This document shows positions 1 to 10,146 of a stretch of 64,000 nt of DNA, in pieces. Both the position numbers and the translations under genes were made by a program. The stretch covers positions 32,001 to 96,000 of the forward strand of contig JBGARZ010000003.1 in NCBI GenBank assembly GCA_044229975.1. Direction: 5' to 3'. The notes below the pieces were generated by a model that did no database searches, had not been told where the DNA came from, and worked only from the letters and a program-made list of their open reading frames with translations. How positions within the stretch are numbered: position 1 is the stretch's first letter; each line of letters starts with the position of its first letter. This DNA is from Polyangiales bacterium. GTDB lineage: Bacteria; Myxococcota_A; Polyangia; Polyangiales; Ga0077539.

Positions 1-51
1 GCCGGCGCGGGCCCAGCGCAGAACGCGCGGTCGTCGGGGGGTCGTGGTCAT
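1..51 (-). CDS. 5' end of a gene running off the window edge; probable type IV prepilin leader (MTTTPRRPRVLRWARAG...)
   Basis: ATG at 51 with a GGAGG RBS ~10 nt upstream. The Arg-rich 17-aa peptide ends in A-G exactly at the window edge, like a class III signal peptide. It lies directly downstream of a PilR-like gene. The hydrophobic pilin segment is outside the window. Confidence 0.5.
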   Translation of the reverse strand, partial: MTTTPRRPRVLRWARAG

Positions 52-95
52 TGGCGTGATCCTCCGTGAGCGGTGGTCGAGGCGACGACCGTCAG

Positions 96-111
96 TGCAC
101 GGACGATACCG
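96..111 (-). promoter_or_regulatory. Candidate sigma54 -24/-12 promoter (CGGTATCGTCCGTGCA)
   Basis: Exact GG-N10-GC spacing on the minus strand, ~45 nt upstream of the ATG at 51, in the intergenic gap after a sigma54 activator gene. Confidence 0.45.
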
Positions 112-153
112 CGGGACAACCCTGGCGCGTAAGGGGAGAAGGCGTCGGTCGGC

Positions 154-1608
154 TCAGCGACGATGACGCGGATCGTCGCCCTCGTCGCCGTCGACGTCAC
201 CCGGGTTGGAGTCGCCCGCGGCCATCCCGAGCTTGTGGAGGCGGTAGCGAAACGACCGGAACGTCAGCCCGAGGTGCGTCGCCGCGTGGGTGCGAACGCC
301 CTTGGCGCGCTCCAGCGCCTGCCGGATGAGGCTGCGCTCGATGTCATCGAGGGTCGCCTCCAGTTGAAGCCCTTCGGGGGGAAGGAGCAGCTCGCCCGGC
401 CGAGCGCCGTGGGCGGCGCCAAGCACCTCGGGGGGAAGGTCGTCGCGGATGATGGTGGGCCCCTGCGAGAGCGCGACCGAGCGCTCGACGGCGTTTTCCA
501 CCTCGCGAACGTTGCCGGGCCACTGGTGGGCGAGCATCAGACGCAGGGCCTCCTGGGAGAAGCTCACCAGCGGGCGACCGCTCTCGGCGGCGAAGCGCGC
601 GCGGAAGTGCTCGATGAGCGCGGGGAGGTCTTCGCGACGGTCGCGCAGCGGCGGCAGGTGGAGCCGGAGCACGTTGAGGCGGTAGTAGAGGTCTTCGCGG
701 AAGAGCTTCTCCTTCACCATCTGAGCGAGGTCGCGGTTGGTCGCCGCCACGATGCGCGTGTCGACGGGGATCTCCATCGTTCCGCCGACGGGGCGCACCT
801 TCCGCTCTTGCAGCGCGCGCAGGAGCTTCACCTGGGCGGGCAGCGGAATCTCGCCGACCTCGTCGAGGAAGAGGGTTCCGCCGTCGGCCTGGCGAAACAT
901 CCCGAGGCCCTTGTTGGTCGCGCCCGTGTAGGCGCCCTTCTCGTGGCCGAAGAGCTCGGCTTCGACGAGCTCACCGGGGAGCGCGCCGCAGTTGACCACC
1001 ACGAAGGGTCCCGTGCTCCGATCGCTGCCGGTGTGGATGGCGCGCGCGAAGAGTTCTTTGCCGGTGCCGCTCTCGCCCGTGATGAGCACGCTCGCGCGGT
1101 TGGGCGCGGCCCTCCTCACGAACTCCATCGCCGTCTGGAAGGGCGCGCTCCGCCCGATGAGCGAGCCGCTGGCACCGTCTGGCGTGAGCCCCTTGGTGAT
1201 GATGCGAAGGGAGGTGTTGTCCTTGAGGATCGAGCGCTTCTCCAGCGCCTTCTCCACCTGCACCCTCGCCTCGCTCACGCTCAGGGGCTTCTCCAGGTAG
1301 CAGTAGGCGCCCCGTCGCATGGCGTCGACCGCGGTCTCCACCGAGCCGTGCGCGGTCACCACCATCACCTGCGTCTCGACAGAGTGCGCGCGCGCTTCAT
1401 CGAGCACGTCGAGCCCGGTGCCGTCGGCCATCATCAGGTCGGTGACCACGAGGTCGTATGGAGCCTGCGACGCGGCGATGCAGTCCTTCGCCTCGCGCAC
1501 GCCCGACGCGAGCTCGACGGTGTGCCCCATGCGACGGAGCAGGACGTCCATCATCTGCCGCAGCGACGCTTCATCGTCTACGACCAGGATTCGTGCGGGC
1601 GCGGTCAT
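154..1608 (-). CDS. Sigma54-dependent response regulator (REC-AAA+-Fis HTH), PilR-like
   Basis: Start re-called at MTAPARILVVDD. Motifs GESGTGKE, GAYTGA, LFLDEVGE, WPGNVRE. The C-terminal LGLTFRSFRYRL helix-turn-helix is typical of PilR. Confidence 0.9.
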   Translation of the reverse strand: MTAPARILVVDDEASLRQMMDVLLRRMGHTVELASGVREAKDCIAASQAPYDLVVTDLMMADGTGLDVLDEARAHSVETQVMVVTAHGSVETAVDAMRRGAYCYLEKPLSVSEARVQVEKALEKRSILKDNTSLRIITKGLTPDGASGSLIGRSAPFQTAMEFVRRAAPNRASVLITGESGTGKELFARAIHTGSDRSTGPFVVVNCGALPGELVEAELFGHEKGAYTGATNKGLGMFRQADGGTLFLDEVGEIPLPAQVKLLRALQERKVRPVGGTMEIPVDTRIVAATNRDLAQMVKEKLFREDLYYRLNVLRLHLPPLRDRREDLPALIEHFRARFAAESGRPLVSFSQEALRLMLAHQWPGNVREVENAVERSVALSQGPTIIRDDLPPEVLGAAHGARPGELLLPPEGLQLEATLDDIERSLIRQALERAKGVRTHAATHLGLTFRSFRYRLHKLGMAAGDSNPGDVDGDEGDDPRHRR

Positions 1609-1667
1609 CGCGCGCGAGTGTACGCGATGCCCTCGCGGCGACGAAGCGATCCGTGCGGCGGGAAAGC

Positions 1668-2387
1668 TCAGCCGTCGCGGCGGAGCACGGCGACGAGGAA
1701 GCCGCCGAAGCGAGCGAGCGGAGAGCGCAACGCGAAGTGCTCGGCGCGGGTGAGCACCGGACCCACGACGGGAAGCGTGACGGCGCGCGCCGTGGGCGTG
1801 AACACCCGGACGCCGCGAAGGCCCACCAGCGATGTTCCGCGCGGCACCATCTCGCGCACGCGCTCGGGCGAGTCGAAGCGGGTGTAGACCGCGGCCTCGG
1901 TGCGGGTCTCGGAGACCTTGCCCGCGGGCCCGAAGCGCTTGACCAGATAGCGGAGGCTCTGCGGGTTGTAGAACTCCGCGAGGATGGTTCCGCCGGGGGC
2001 GCAGACGCGGGCCATCTCGGCGAGCGCGGTCTCGATCTCGGGCACGTGCGCCAGCACCTTGAACGAGTACACGACGTCGAAGCGCGCATCGTCGAAGGGC
2101 AGCTTCGTGGCGGGCGCCTCGTGCACGGTGAGCCCGCGCTCGCGGGCCTTCTCCAGCATGCCCGGCGAGAGGTCGATGCCGACGGCCTCGCTCGCCACGG
2201 CGGCGACCCGTTCGAGGATGAGCCCGGTGCCGCAGCCGACCTCCAGGCACCGCTTGCCGCGGGCGTACGGCTCGGTGAGGTCGAACTCCAGGTCGTCGAT
2301 CATCCCGTGGTAGCCGCGGCCGCGCTCGCGCTCGTACCAGCGGCTGAAGTCGTCGTAGTAGGCGCGGGTGGCTTCGTCGCGGCTCAT
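1668..2387 (-). CDS. Class I SAM-dependent methyltransferase
   Basis: LEVGCGTG motif I; GIDLSPGML; LPFDDARFDVV; start re-called at MSRDEAT. Confidence 0.85.
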   Translation of the reverse strand: MSRDEATRAYYDDFSRWYERERGRGYHGMIDDLEFDLTEPYARGKRCLEVGCGTGLILERVAAVASEAVGIDLSPGMLEKARERGLTVHEAPATKLPFDDARFDVVYSFKVLAHVPEIETALAEMARVCAPGGTILAEFYNPQSLRYLVKRFGPAGKVSETRTEAAVYTRFDSPERVREMVPRGTSLVGLRGVRVFTPTARAVTLPVVGPVLTRAEHFALRSPLARFGGFLVAVLRRDG

Positions 2388-2430
2388 ATGGGCGTCGCCT
2401 CTATCACGGACTTCCCGTGACGGGGAGGCG

Positions 2431-3516
2431 TCACCCGCGGGGAGCGAGCACCCGGTCGTACACCTGCTCGTGTGCGGCGGCGACGACCGAGGGGTGGCAC
2501 GTCGCGGCCACCCACTGCCCGCCGGCCGTCGCCATGGCGGCGCGGGTCGCGGGCGCATCGACGAGCGAGCGCACCTGCGTGAAGAGGGCCGCCGGGTCAC
2601 CGGGCGCCAGGGCGACGGCACCGCCCGAGGGCATGATCTCGACGGCCGCCGTGTTGGACGAGACCACCACCGGAACACCCAGCGCGAGGGACTCCAGCAG
2701 CACCAGGGGGAGGTCCATCTTGGCGTGGAGGGTGTCGACGACGAGGGTCGTGAGCGCGGCGCCCGCGACGACGGCGTGGATGTCGGTGAGTTCGCCGAGG
2801 AAGCGCACCTTCGCGCGACGCGACCCGGCCAGCGCCGTGAGCGTGGCGAGGGCCCCCTGGGCGCGGGCGGTCTTGGGGCGCGCCGCAATGACCCAGGTGA
2901 GCGCGCCGTCGTCGAGGGCCGCGGCCTCGATGAAGGTGCGAGCGCCGTCGGAGTGTTCGAGGTCGCCGGGGTAGAGGACGTACGGACCGATGAGGTCATG
3001 CTTCGCGCGAGCTGCCTCGATGGCGGCGGGGCTCACGCTCACGGGCGCCAGTGCCGGAGGGATGACCGTCGCGTGCACACCGACGCCCGCGAGACGACGC
3101 GCGGAGTGTTGGCTCAATGCGATGACGGCGTCGGCGAAGAGCAGCGGGGCGACACGTTCGAGGTCGTCGGGGGCGCTCGCGATGGTGTGCACCGTCGGAA
3201 TGCGACGCGTGGCGCGCGCGACGGAACCGGCGCGGAGGGTCAGCGGGTTGGGCGCGAAGAAGAAGTGCCAGAGGTCGACGGACGGGCCCGCGACGAGGCG
3301 CGCGAGCACGCGGGCGTTGGCGAGGCGGCTCGGCGCATAGGCCCCGGCGGCGGTGTAGATCTCCTCGCAGACCACGCCGGGGAGGCGGGCGCCTGCGGGG
3401 ACCATCACCCGAGGGCGGTAGCGCACGAGGGCGGTCGCGAGGTCGCGCACGAGGTTCTTGTTGGAGTCGGTCCACGGGGGGGCGATGGGCTTGGAGACGA
3501 GGAGCACGTCGCGCAT
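2431..3516 (-). CDS. Glycosyltransferase family 4 (GT-B)
   Basis: C-terminal DLPLVLLESLALGVPVVVS GT4-type motif; VRFLG; start re-called at MRDVLLVSKP. Confidence 0.8.
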   Translation of the reverse strand: MRDVLLVSKPIAPPWTDSNKNLVRDLATALVRYRPRVMVPAGARLPGVVCEEIYTAAGAYAPSRLANARVLARLVAGPSVDLWHFFFAPNPLTLRAGSVARATRRIPTVHTIASAPDDLERVAPLLFADAVIALSQHSARRLAGVGVHATVIPPALAPVSVSPAAIEAARAKHDLIGPYVLYPGDLEHSDGARTFIEAAALDDGALTWVIAARPKTARAQGALATLTALAGSRRAKVRFLGELTDIHAVVAGAALTTLVVDTLHAKMDLPLVLLESLALGVPVVVSSNTAAVEIMPSGGAVALAPGDPAALFTQVRSLVDAPATRAAMATAGGQWVAATCHPSVVAAAHEQVYDRVLAPRG

Positions 3517-3598
3517 GGCAGGACAGCGGCGGTAGCACAGAACGCGCGCTCGTTGACGCCCGGGAGGCGTGGCTCGTACGGTCCGCGGGAAGAAGCCA

Positions 3599-4045
3599 AT
3601 GGACGACAAGAAGCCAGAGCCCGAGGGCACCGAGTCGGAGCGGGCCAGCATCCTCGAACGCTTCGTGAAGAAGGGCATCGAGTCGGGCATCGGCGCCATC
3701 AGCCGGAGCGAGGACACGGTGCGGTCGTTCGTGGAGAAGACCCGGCTCCCCAAGGAGGTCGCGCACGCGCTCCTCGACCAGGTCGACGAGACCAAGAAGG
3801 GGATCTACTCGGTCGTCGCCAAGGAGATTCGCGACTTCTTGACGAGCACCAGCTTCGCCTCGGACATGAAGAAGGTGCTCACGGGCCTCGCCTTCGAGGT
3901 GAAGATGGAGGTGCGCTTCAAGAGCGTGGAGGACGAAGCCGGCGAGGCGACGGTGCGCCCCGACGTGCAGGCCCGCACGCGCATCAAGAGCACCCGCAAG
4001 CCCGCGCCCCCGGCCGACGAGGGCGGCGGCGAAGGCGACGCGTAG
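3599..4045 (+). CDS. Conserved hypothetical helical protein
   Basis: Lys/Glu-rich, protein-like composition and GC-rich third codon positions; no recognisable catalytic motif. Confidence 0.7.
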   Translation: MDDKKPEPEGTESERASILERFVKKGIESGIGAISRSEDTVRSFVEKTRLPKEVAHALLDQVDETKKGIYSVVAKEIRDFLTSTSFASDMKKVLTGLAFEVKMEVRFKSVEDEAGEATVRPDVQARTRIKSTRKPAPPADEGGGEGDA

Positions 4046-5239
4046 TCAGCTCACGAAGGCTTCGAGGTCGCCCAGGCTGACCCGCGCCGACAGAAGCCCG
4101 AACGACACCTTCGCCCCGCGAACGTCGCGCTCGACGATGGCGCCGATCTTCCCGGCGAAGGGGCCCGCGGTGACCTTCACCCGCGCGCCTGGCGTGAGCG
4201 CGGCTTCGGGGTTCACGACGACCGGCGCAGGAGCCGCGACGACCACAGGCGCGGGACGAGGTGCGGCGGGCTTCGGTGCGGGACGCGGCTCGGGTCGCGA
4301 CTCCACGGGGGCGACCACCGCAGCGGGACGCACGAAGGCGGGGCGCGGGCGATCGAGCGCGGCGAGGCGCTCGCGGGTCTCGGTCGCGGCGGCGTCGCGC
4401 CGGAGGGCGATCTCGGCGTCGTGCTGCGTCTGCCACGCGGCGTCGCGCGCGGCGGCCTCCTGGGCGTGGGCGGCGCGCTCGGCCTGGGCGTGGGCGATGG
4501 CCCCGTCGACGGCGATGAGGTCGTTGTCGCGCGACCACGCGACCAGCCGGTAGATGGGAACGAGCGCGCGGAAGGCTTCGAGCATCGGCTCTTCCAGCGC
4601 GCCGCCCTGATCGAGCACCACCGCGCGGGGCAGCGGCCACCCGACGGACCACCACTGCGACGGCTGCGACCAGGCCGCGAGCGCCTCGTCGAAGGTCGCG
4701 TCGGTCACGTCGCGCACCGAGAGTCGCGCGCCATCGGTCACACCGAGCACGAAGTCTTCGGGCAGCGCGCGGATGGCCTCGACCAGGGCAGCGCGGCCCT
4801 CGGTGGAGGCGGCGCGAGCGCGGAGGTTCTTCGCGTCGACCCAGGCGTCACCGTGGACGCGCAGCGAGACCTCGACCCCGTCGGCGTCGACGTGCAGCGC
4901 GAGGAAGGCGTGGCGGAAGAACGGCGTCGGATCGGTGAGCGTCTCCTTCAGCGAGCGACCGCCTTCGAGCAGCCCTTCGAGCTCGCGGCGCGCGTCGGCG
5001 TCGCGCCACAGAAACACCCACTGCGCCGTGACAGAGCGCTTGTTCCAGAGGGAGGGGTGCTCGTCGCTGGCACGCAGTTCGAGAGCAAGACCGAGCGCCT
5101 TCGCGTCGGCCTGCATCACGCGGCCGAGCGTCATGGCCTTCTCCCGCGCTTCGAGGCGCGGGCGGTTGGAGGCGTTGGAGCTGGCCTTTGGCGGCGCGTA
5201 GGCGTCGAACTCCGACGCGCTGAAACCCTGGAAACTCAC
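4046..5239 (-). CDS. DUF1054-like N-terminal domain + coiled coil + Pro-rich linker + C-terminal KOW (NusG-CTD-like) domain
   Basis: GTG start [14 protein letters not shown] resembles the DUF1054/YktB N-terminus; C-terminal [22 protein letters not shown] motif. Confidence 0.7.
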   Translation of the reverse strand: MSFQGFSASEFDAYAPPKASSNASNRPRLEAREKAMTLGRVMQADAKALGLALELRASDEHPSLWNKRSVTAQWVFLWRDADARRELEGLLEGGRSLKETLTDPTPFFRHAFLALHVDADGVEVSLRVHGDAWVDAKNLRARAASTEGRAALVEAIRALPEDFVLGVTDGARLSVRDVTDATFDEALAAWSQPSQWWSVGWPLPRAVVLDQGGALEEPMLEAFRALVPIYRLVAWSRDNDLIAVDGAIAHAQAERAAHAQEAAARDAAWQTQHDAEIALRRDAAATETRERLAALDRPRPAFVRPAAVVAPVESRPEPRPAPKPAAPRPAPVVVAAPAPVVVNPEAALTPGARVKVTAGPFAGKIGAIVERDVRGAKVSFGLLSARVSLGDLEAFVS

Positions 5240-5336
5240 GGCGTATCTCCTGGCGCGCGAAGATACGCGCCGCGCTGCACAGGTCAACGCGTTCGTCGGT
5301 TGCCGCGCGCGTCGGCACTCCCCTACGCTCCGCGAC

Positions 5337-7004
<1,668 letters not shown>

Positions 7005-7008
7005 TGCG

Positions 7009-8268
7009 ATGAAGGTCGCGGCCACCCTGCTGTTGCGGCGTGCGCGGGAGGTGGTGACCTGCTCCGGGGTGCTGCCGACGAGCGCGGCGAAGGCGGACTT
7101 CGACCCGGGTCCGTTGGGCATCATCGAAGACGGCGCGGTGGCGATCGCAGGTGACCGCATCGTCGCCGTGGGCCGCTCGGACGAGGTCGAGCGCGCCGTG
7201 TCGCTGACGGACGACGCGACGGTGATCGACGTGGGCGACGCACTGGTGACGCCGGGGCTGATCGACGCGCACACGCACGCGCTCTTCGTGGGTGGCCGCG
7301 CGGGGGAGTACTCGCTGCGGGTGCAGGGCGCGGGCTACGCGGAGATCGCGGCGCGGGGTGGTGGCATCGCGGCGAGCGTGCGGGCGTTGCGAGCGGCCGA
7401 CGACGAGGTGTTGGTGAGCGCGCTGGCGAAGCGGCTCGACGCGATGGCGCGCTTCGGGACGACGACGGTGGAAGTGAAGACCGGCTACGCGCTGGAGACG
7501 GCGCACGAGCTGCGGTGCTTGCGCGCGATGCGAGCGATGGGCGAGCGGGTCGTGCCGACGTTTCTCGGGCTGCACGCGGTGCCGCCGGAGCTGCGAGGCG
7601 TCGAGGGAGGTCGCACGAGCTACCTCGCGAAGGTGGGCGGCGAGATGCTCGACGCGGTTGCAGGAGAGGCGCGCTTCATCGACGCGTATGTCGACGGGCC
7701 GGGGTTCAGCGTGGCGGAGTGCGCGCCGGTGCTCGCGCGGGCGAAGGCGATGGGGCTGCGCGCGCGGCTGCACGTGGGGCAGTTCGAGGACGTGGGCGGG
7801 GCGGAGTTTGCAGCGGCCGTAGGGGCGGCGAGCGCGGACCATCTAGAGCACGTCAGCGATGATGGATTGCGCGCGATGGCGGCGGCGGGCGTGACGGCGG
7901 TGCTGCTGCCAGGCGCGGCGTTTTCGTTGGGCCAGCCGATGCCTGACGCGCGGCGCATGCGGGCGCTCGGCGTGGCGGTGGCGCTGGCGACGGACTGCAA
8001 CCCGGGAACGAGCCACTGCGACGCGCTGCCGTGGATGGCGGCGTTCGGGGTGCGGCAGATGGGGCTGTCGACGGTGGAGGCGTGGTTCGCGATCACGGCG
8101 ACGGCGGGGCAGTGTCTCGAAGCGAGCGATCGCGGACGACTGGTGGTGGGCGCGCGCGCGGACGTCGCGGTGCTCGACCTGCCGGGATGGGAGGCGCTGC
8201 CGTACGTGATCGGCGGACCGCGGGCGGCGGCGACGGTGACGGGCGGCGCGCTGCGGCGCTGGACGTAG
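7009..8268 (+). CDS. hutI: Imidazolonepropionase
   Basis: PGLIDAHTH, GTTTVEVKTGYAL, SADHLE, ALATDCNPGTS; 4 nt downstream of hutU. Confidence 0.95.
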   Translation: MKVAATLLLRRAREVVTCSGVLPTSAAKADFDPGPLGIIEDGAVAIAGDRIVAVGRSDEVERAVSLTDDATVIDVGDALVTPGLIDAHTHALFVGGRAGEYSLRVQGAGYAEIAARGGGIAASVRALRAADDEVLVSALAKRLDAMARFGTTTVEVKTGYALETAHELRCLRAMRAMGERVVPTFLGLHAVPPELRGVEGGRTSYLAKVGGEMLDAVAGEARFIDAYVDGPGFSVAECAPVLARAKAMGLRARLHVGQFEDVGGAEFAAAVGAASADHLEHVSDDGLRAMAAAGVTAVLLPGAAFSLGQPMPDARRMRALGVAVALATDCNPGTSHCDALPWMAAFGVRQMGLSTVEAWFAITATAGQCLEASDRGRLVVGARADVAVLDLPGWEALPYVIGGPRAAATVTGGALRRWT

Positions 8269-8991
8269 CTACGCCTCGGGAATGCGACGCTTGCGACAGG
8301 CTTCTTCGTAGGTGCTCGCGAAGTCCACGGGTACGAAGAGGTCGCCCTGCAATCGAAGCGGCAGCGTGGGCAGCGCGTCGCCCAGCGCGAAGGTCGCCGA
8401 CCACAGGTCGAGCTCCGTGGAGTCAGCGCGGACGACGGGTCGATAGGCGACCGCGTAGAGGCCCGCGAGCGACGACCAGCACAATGACGGCGCGCCCAAC
8501 AGATCGACGATCTCGTTGTGCAGATTGGCCTGCCGGGTCGTCACGACGTCGATCACGATCACGCTGACGCCCTGGTGGAGGAAGCCCGCGCACTTCGTGG
8601 CGAAGGCGCGGCGCTGATCGGGGCGATCCTTGTTGGCGGGGCTCACGAGCGCGATGACGCCGACGAGCGTGGCGCCGCCGACGTCGGACAGCACGCGCAC
8701 CTCGAAGCTGTCGGGAACCGTGAGCGCCGACGTCGACGCGGGAGGCCCCGGTTGCCACGAAGGCGCAGCGTCGCCGGGCGCGAGGCGATGCAGGTCGCCT
8801 TGCACTCGCTGGAAGGTGGCGATGGCGATCTCGAGGCTGGTCCCGGCGTGCGTCTGCTCCTCGGCAACGTACTCGCGCGGCAGCCACCGCTCGTTGAGCG
8901 CGTCCGCGATGCGCGTCGCCCAGTTTGAGTGAAACGACTCCCAGTGATGGACCGGATGGAGCGGCGGTCGGAAGTGGTCGCGCAGTCCCAT
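8269..8991 (-). CDS. DUF4058-family protein (PD-(D/E)XK/Uma2-like fold)
   Basis: N-terminal LRDHFRPPL...WESFHSNWA, VSPANKD, C-terminal LPTLPLRL...VDFASTYEEAC typical of this family. Confidence 0.7.
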   Translation of the reverse strand: MGLRDHFRPPLHPVHHWESFHSNWATRIADALNERWLPREYVAEEQTHAGTSLEIAIATFQRVQGDLHRLAPGDAAPSWQPGPPASTSALTVPDSFEVRVLSDVGGATLVGVIALVSPANKDRPDQRRAFATKCAGFLHQGVSVIVIDVVTTRQANLHNEIVDLLGAPSLCWSSLAGLYAVAYRPVVRADSTELDLWSATFALGDALPTLPLRLQGDLFVPVDFASTYEEACRKRRIPEA

Positions 8992-9079
8992 GACGATGAG
9001 CGCGAGAATGCCACGAACAGGATGTCGAGCGCTCGACGTCCCAATGACGAGCGCTCGACTCGAGGAGGTGAACGGTCAT

Positions 9080-9189
9080 GGAAGGCCGCAAGGGCGCCAG
9101 GGTCGCAAGGGACTGCGGTCCACGAGCAGGTATGGCGTTCTCGCCCGGCCATCCTGACCCTTGCGACCCCTGCGCCCTTGCGGCCCTCC
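9080..9189. repeat. 32-bp imperfect inverted repeat (REP/MITE-like hairpin)
   Basis: Arm 1 at 9080-9111 (GGAAGGCCGCAAGGGCGCCAGGGTCGCAAGGG) matches the reverse complement of arm 2 at 9158-9189 at 29/32 positions; 46-nt spacer. Confidence 0.85.
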
Positions 9190-9219
9190 GGCCCCTCCGC
9201 ATCCCGGCCGGTCTGACCT

Positions 9220-10146
9220 CTACGCCGCGGGTCGCGCGCGCGCTGCGAGCCAGCGGTACACCGGGATCAACCCCAACGTGATGAGCACCGAGATGAGCTG
9301 CGAGGTGCTCAGCCCTAGCAGTCCGCCGCGGTCGTCGTTGCGCAACACCTCCACGGCGAATCGGAGCACCGAGTAGCTGGCCAGGAAGAACACGAACACC
9401 TGACCGTCGAAGCGCTTGCGCGGCGCCACGAGGTAGTAGCCCGCCGCGGCGATGGCGAGCGACCCTGCCGACTCGTAGAGCTGCGTCGGGTGCACGGGCA
9501 GCGCCGCCATCGCCTCGCTTGCGAGGCGGTGCGCGCGAAACTGCGCCTCGCTCGCGGGCGAGTACCGCGGGAACCACGCAGCCCATGGGTGCTCGCACAC
9601 GACGCCAAAGCAGCAGCCCGCGAGGAAGCAGCCCATGCGCCCCCAGGCGAGACCGAGGGCCACCGCGAAGCCCGCCATGTCGGCAGCCTTCCAGAACGGG
9701 AAGCGCTCGCGCCGCAGGAAGTACACGGCGTACCCGGTCGCCCCGATGAGGCCCCCGTAATACGTGAGCCCGCCCGCCCAGAACGCCGCCCACGCGAAGC
9801 AGTTGGCCTCCTTTGGGTGACAGACACCGCGCGTCGCGTCCCACAAACCGTTGACCGAGCTGTGGAGGCAGTGCTCGCGGGTGATGTGCCACGACACCCG
9901 CGCGGGGTCGGTGCAAAGGTGGACGTAGTCCCAGAAGTAGCCGTCGGCGACGACGTGGAGGAGGCGCGATCCGATGACCCCGGCGACCACCATGGCGAGG
10001 CCGAGGTCGATGATGACCTCGCGGTCGTGACCGAGGCGACCGACCCAGCGGGCGCCGATGAAGGTCGCGAGCGCGAAGCCCGTCGCCAGCATCGCGAAGT
10101 ACGCGGGGAGCTCGGCCCCGAACAACGCGACGAGGACGGGTCTCAT
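9220..10146 (-). CDS. lgt: Prolipoprotein diacylglyceryl transferase
   Basis: GSRLLHV, GGLTYYGG, GRMGCFLAGCCFG, HPTQLYE, RFAVEVLRND; ATGA overlap with lspA. Confidence 0.9.
   Translation of the reverse strand: MRPVLVALFGAELPAYFAMLATGFALATFIGARWVGRLGHDREVIIDLGLAMVVAGVIGSRLLHVVADGYFWDYVHLCTDPARVSWHITREHCLHSSVNGLWDATRGVCHPKEANCFAWAAFWAGGLTYYGGLIGATGYAVYFLRRERFPFWKAADMAGFAVALGLAWGRMGCFLAGCCFGVVCEHPWAAWFPRYSPASEAQFRAHRLASEAMAALPVHPTQLYESAGSLAIAAAGYYLVAPRKRFDGQVFVFFLASYSVLRFAVEVLRNDDRGGLLGLSTSQLISVLITLGLIPVYRWLAARARPAA

Noticed and set aside
5310..5330. Sigma54 promoter before hutU (TCGGCAC...)
   Set aside because: GG-to-GC spacing is 11 rather than 10, and the site is too close to the start codon
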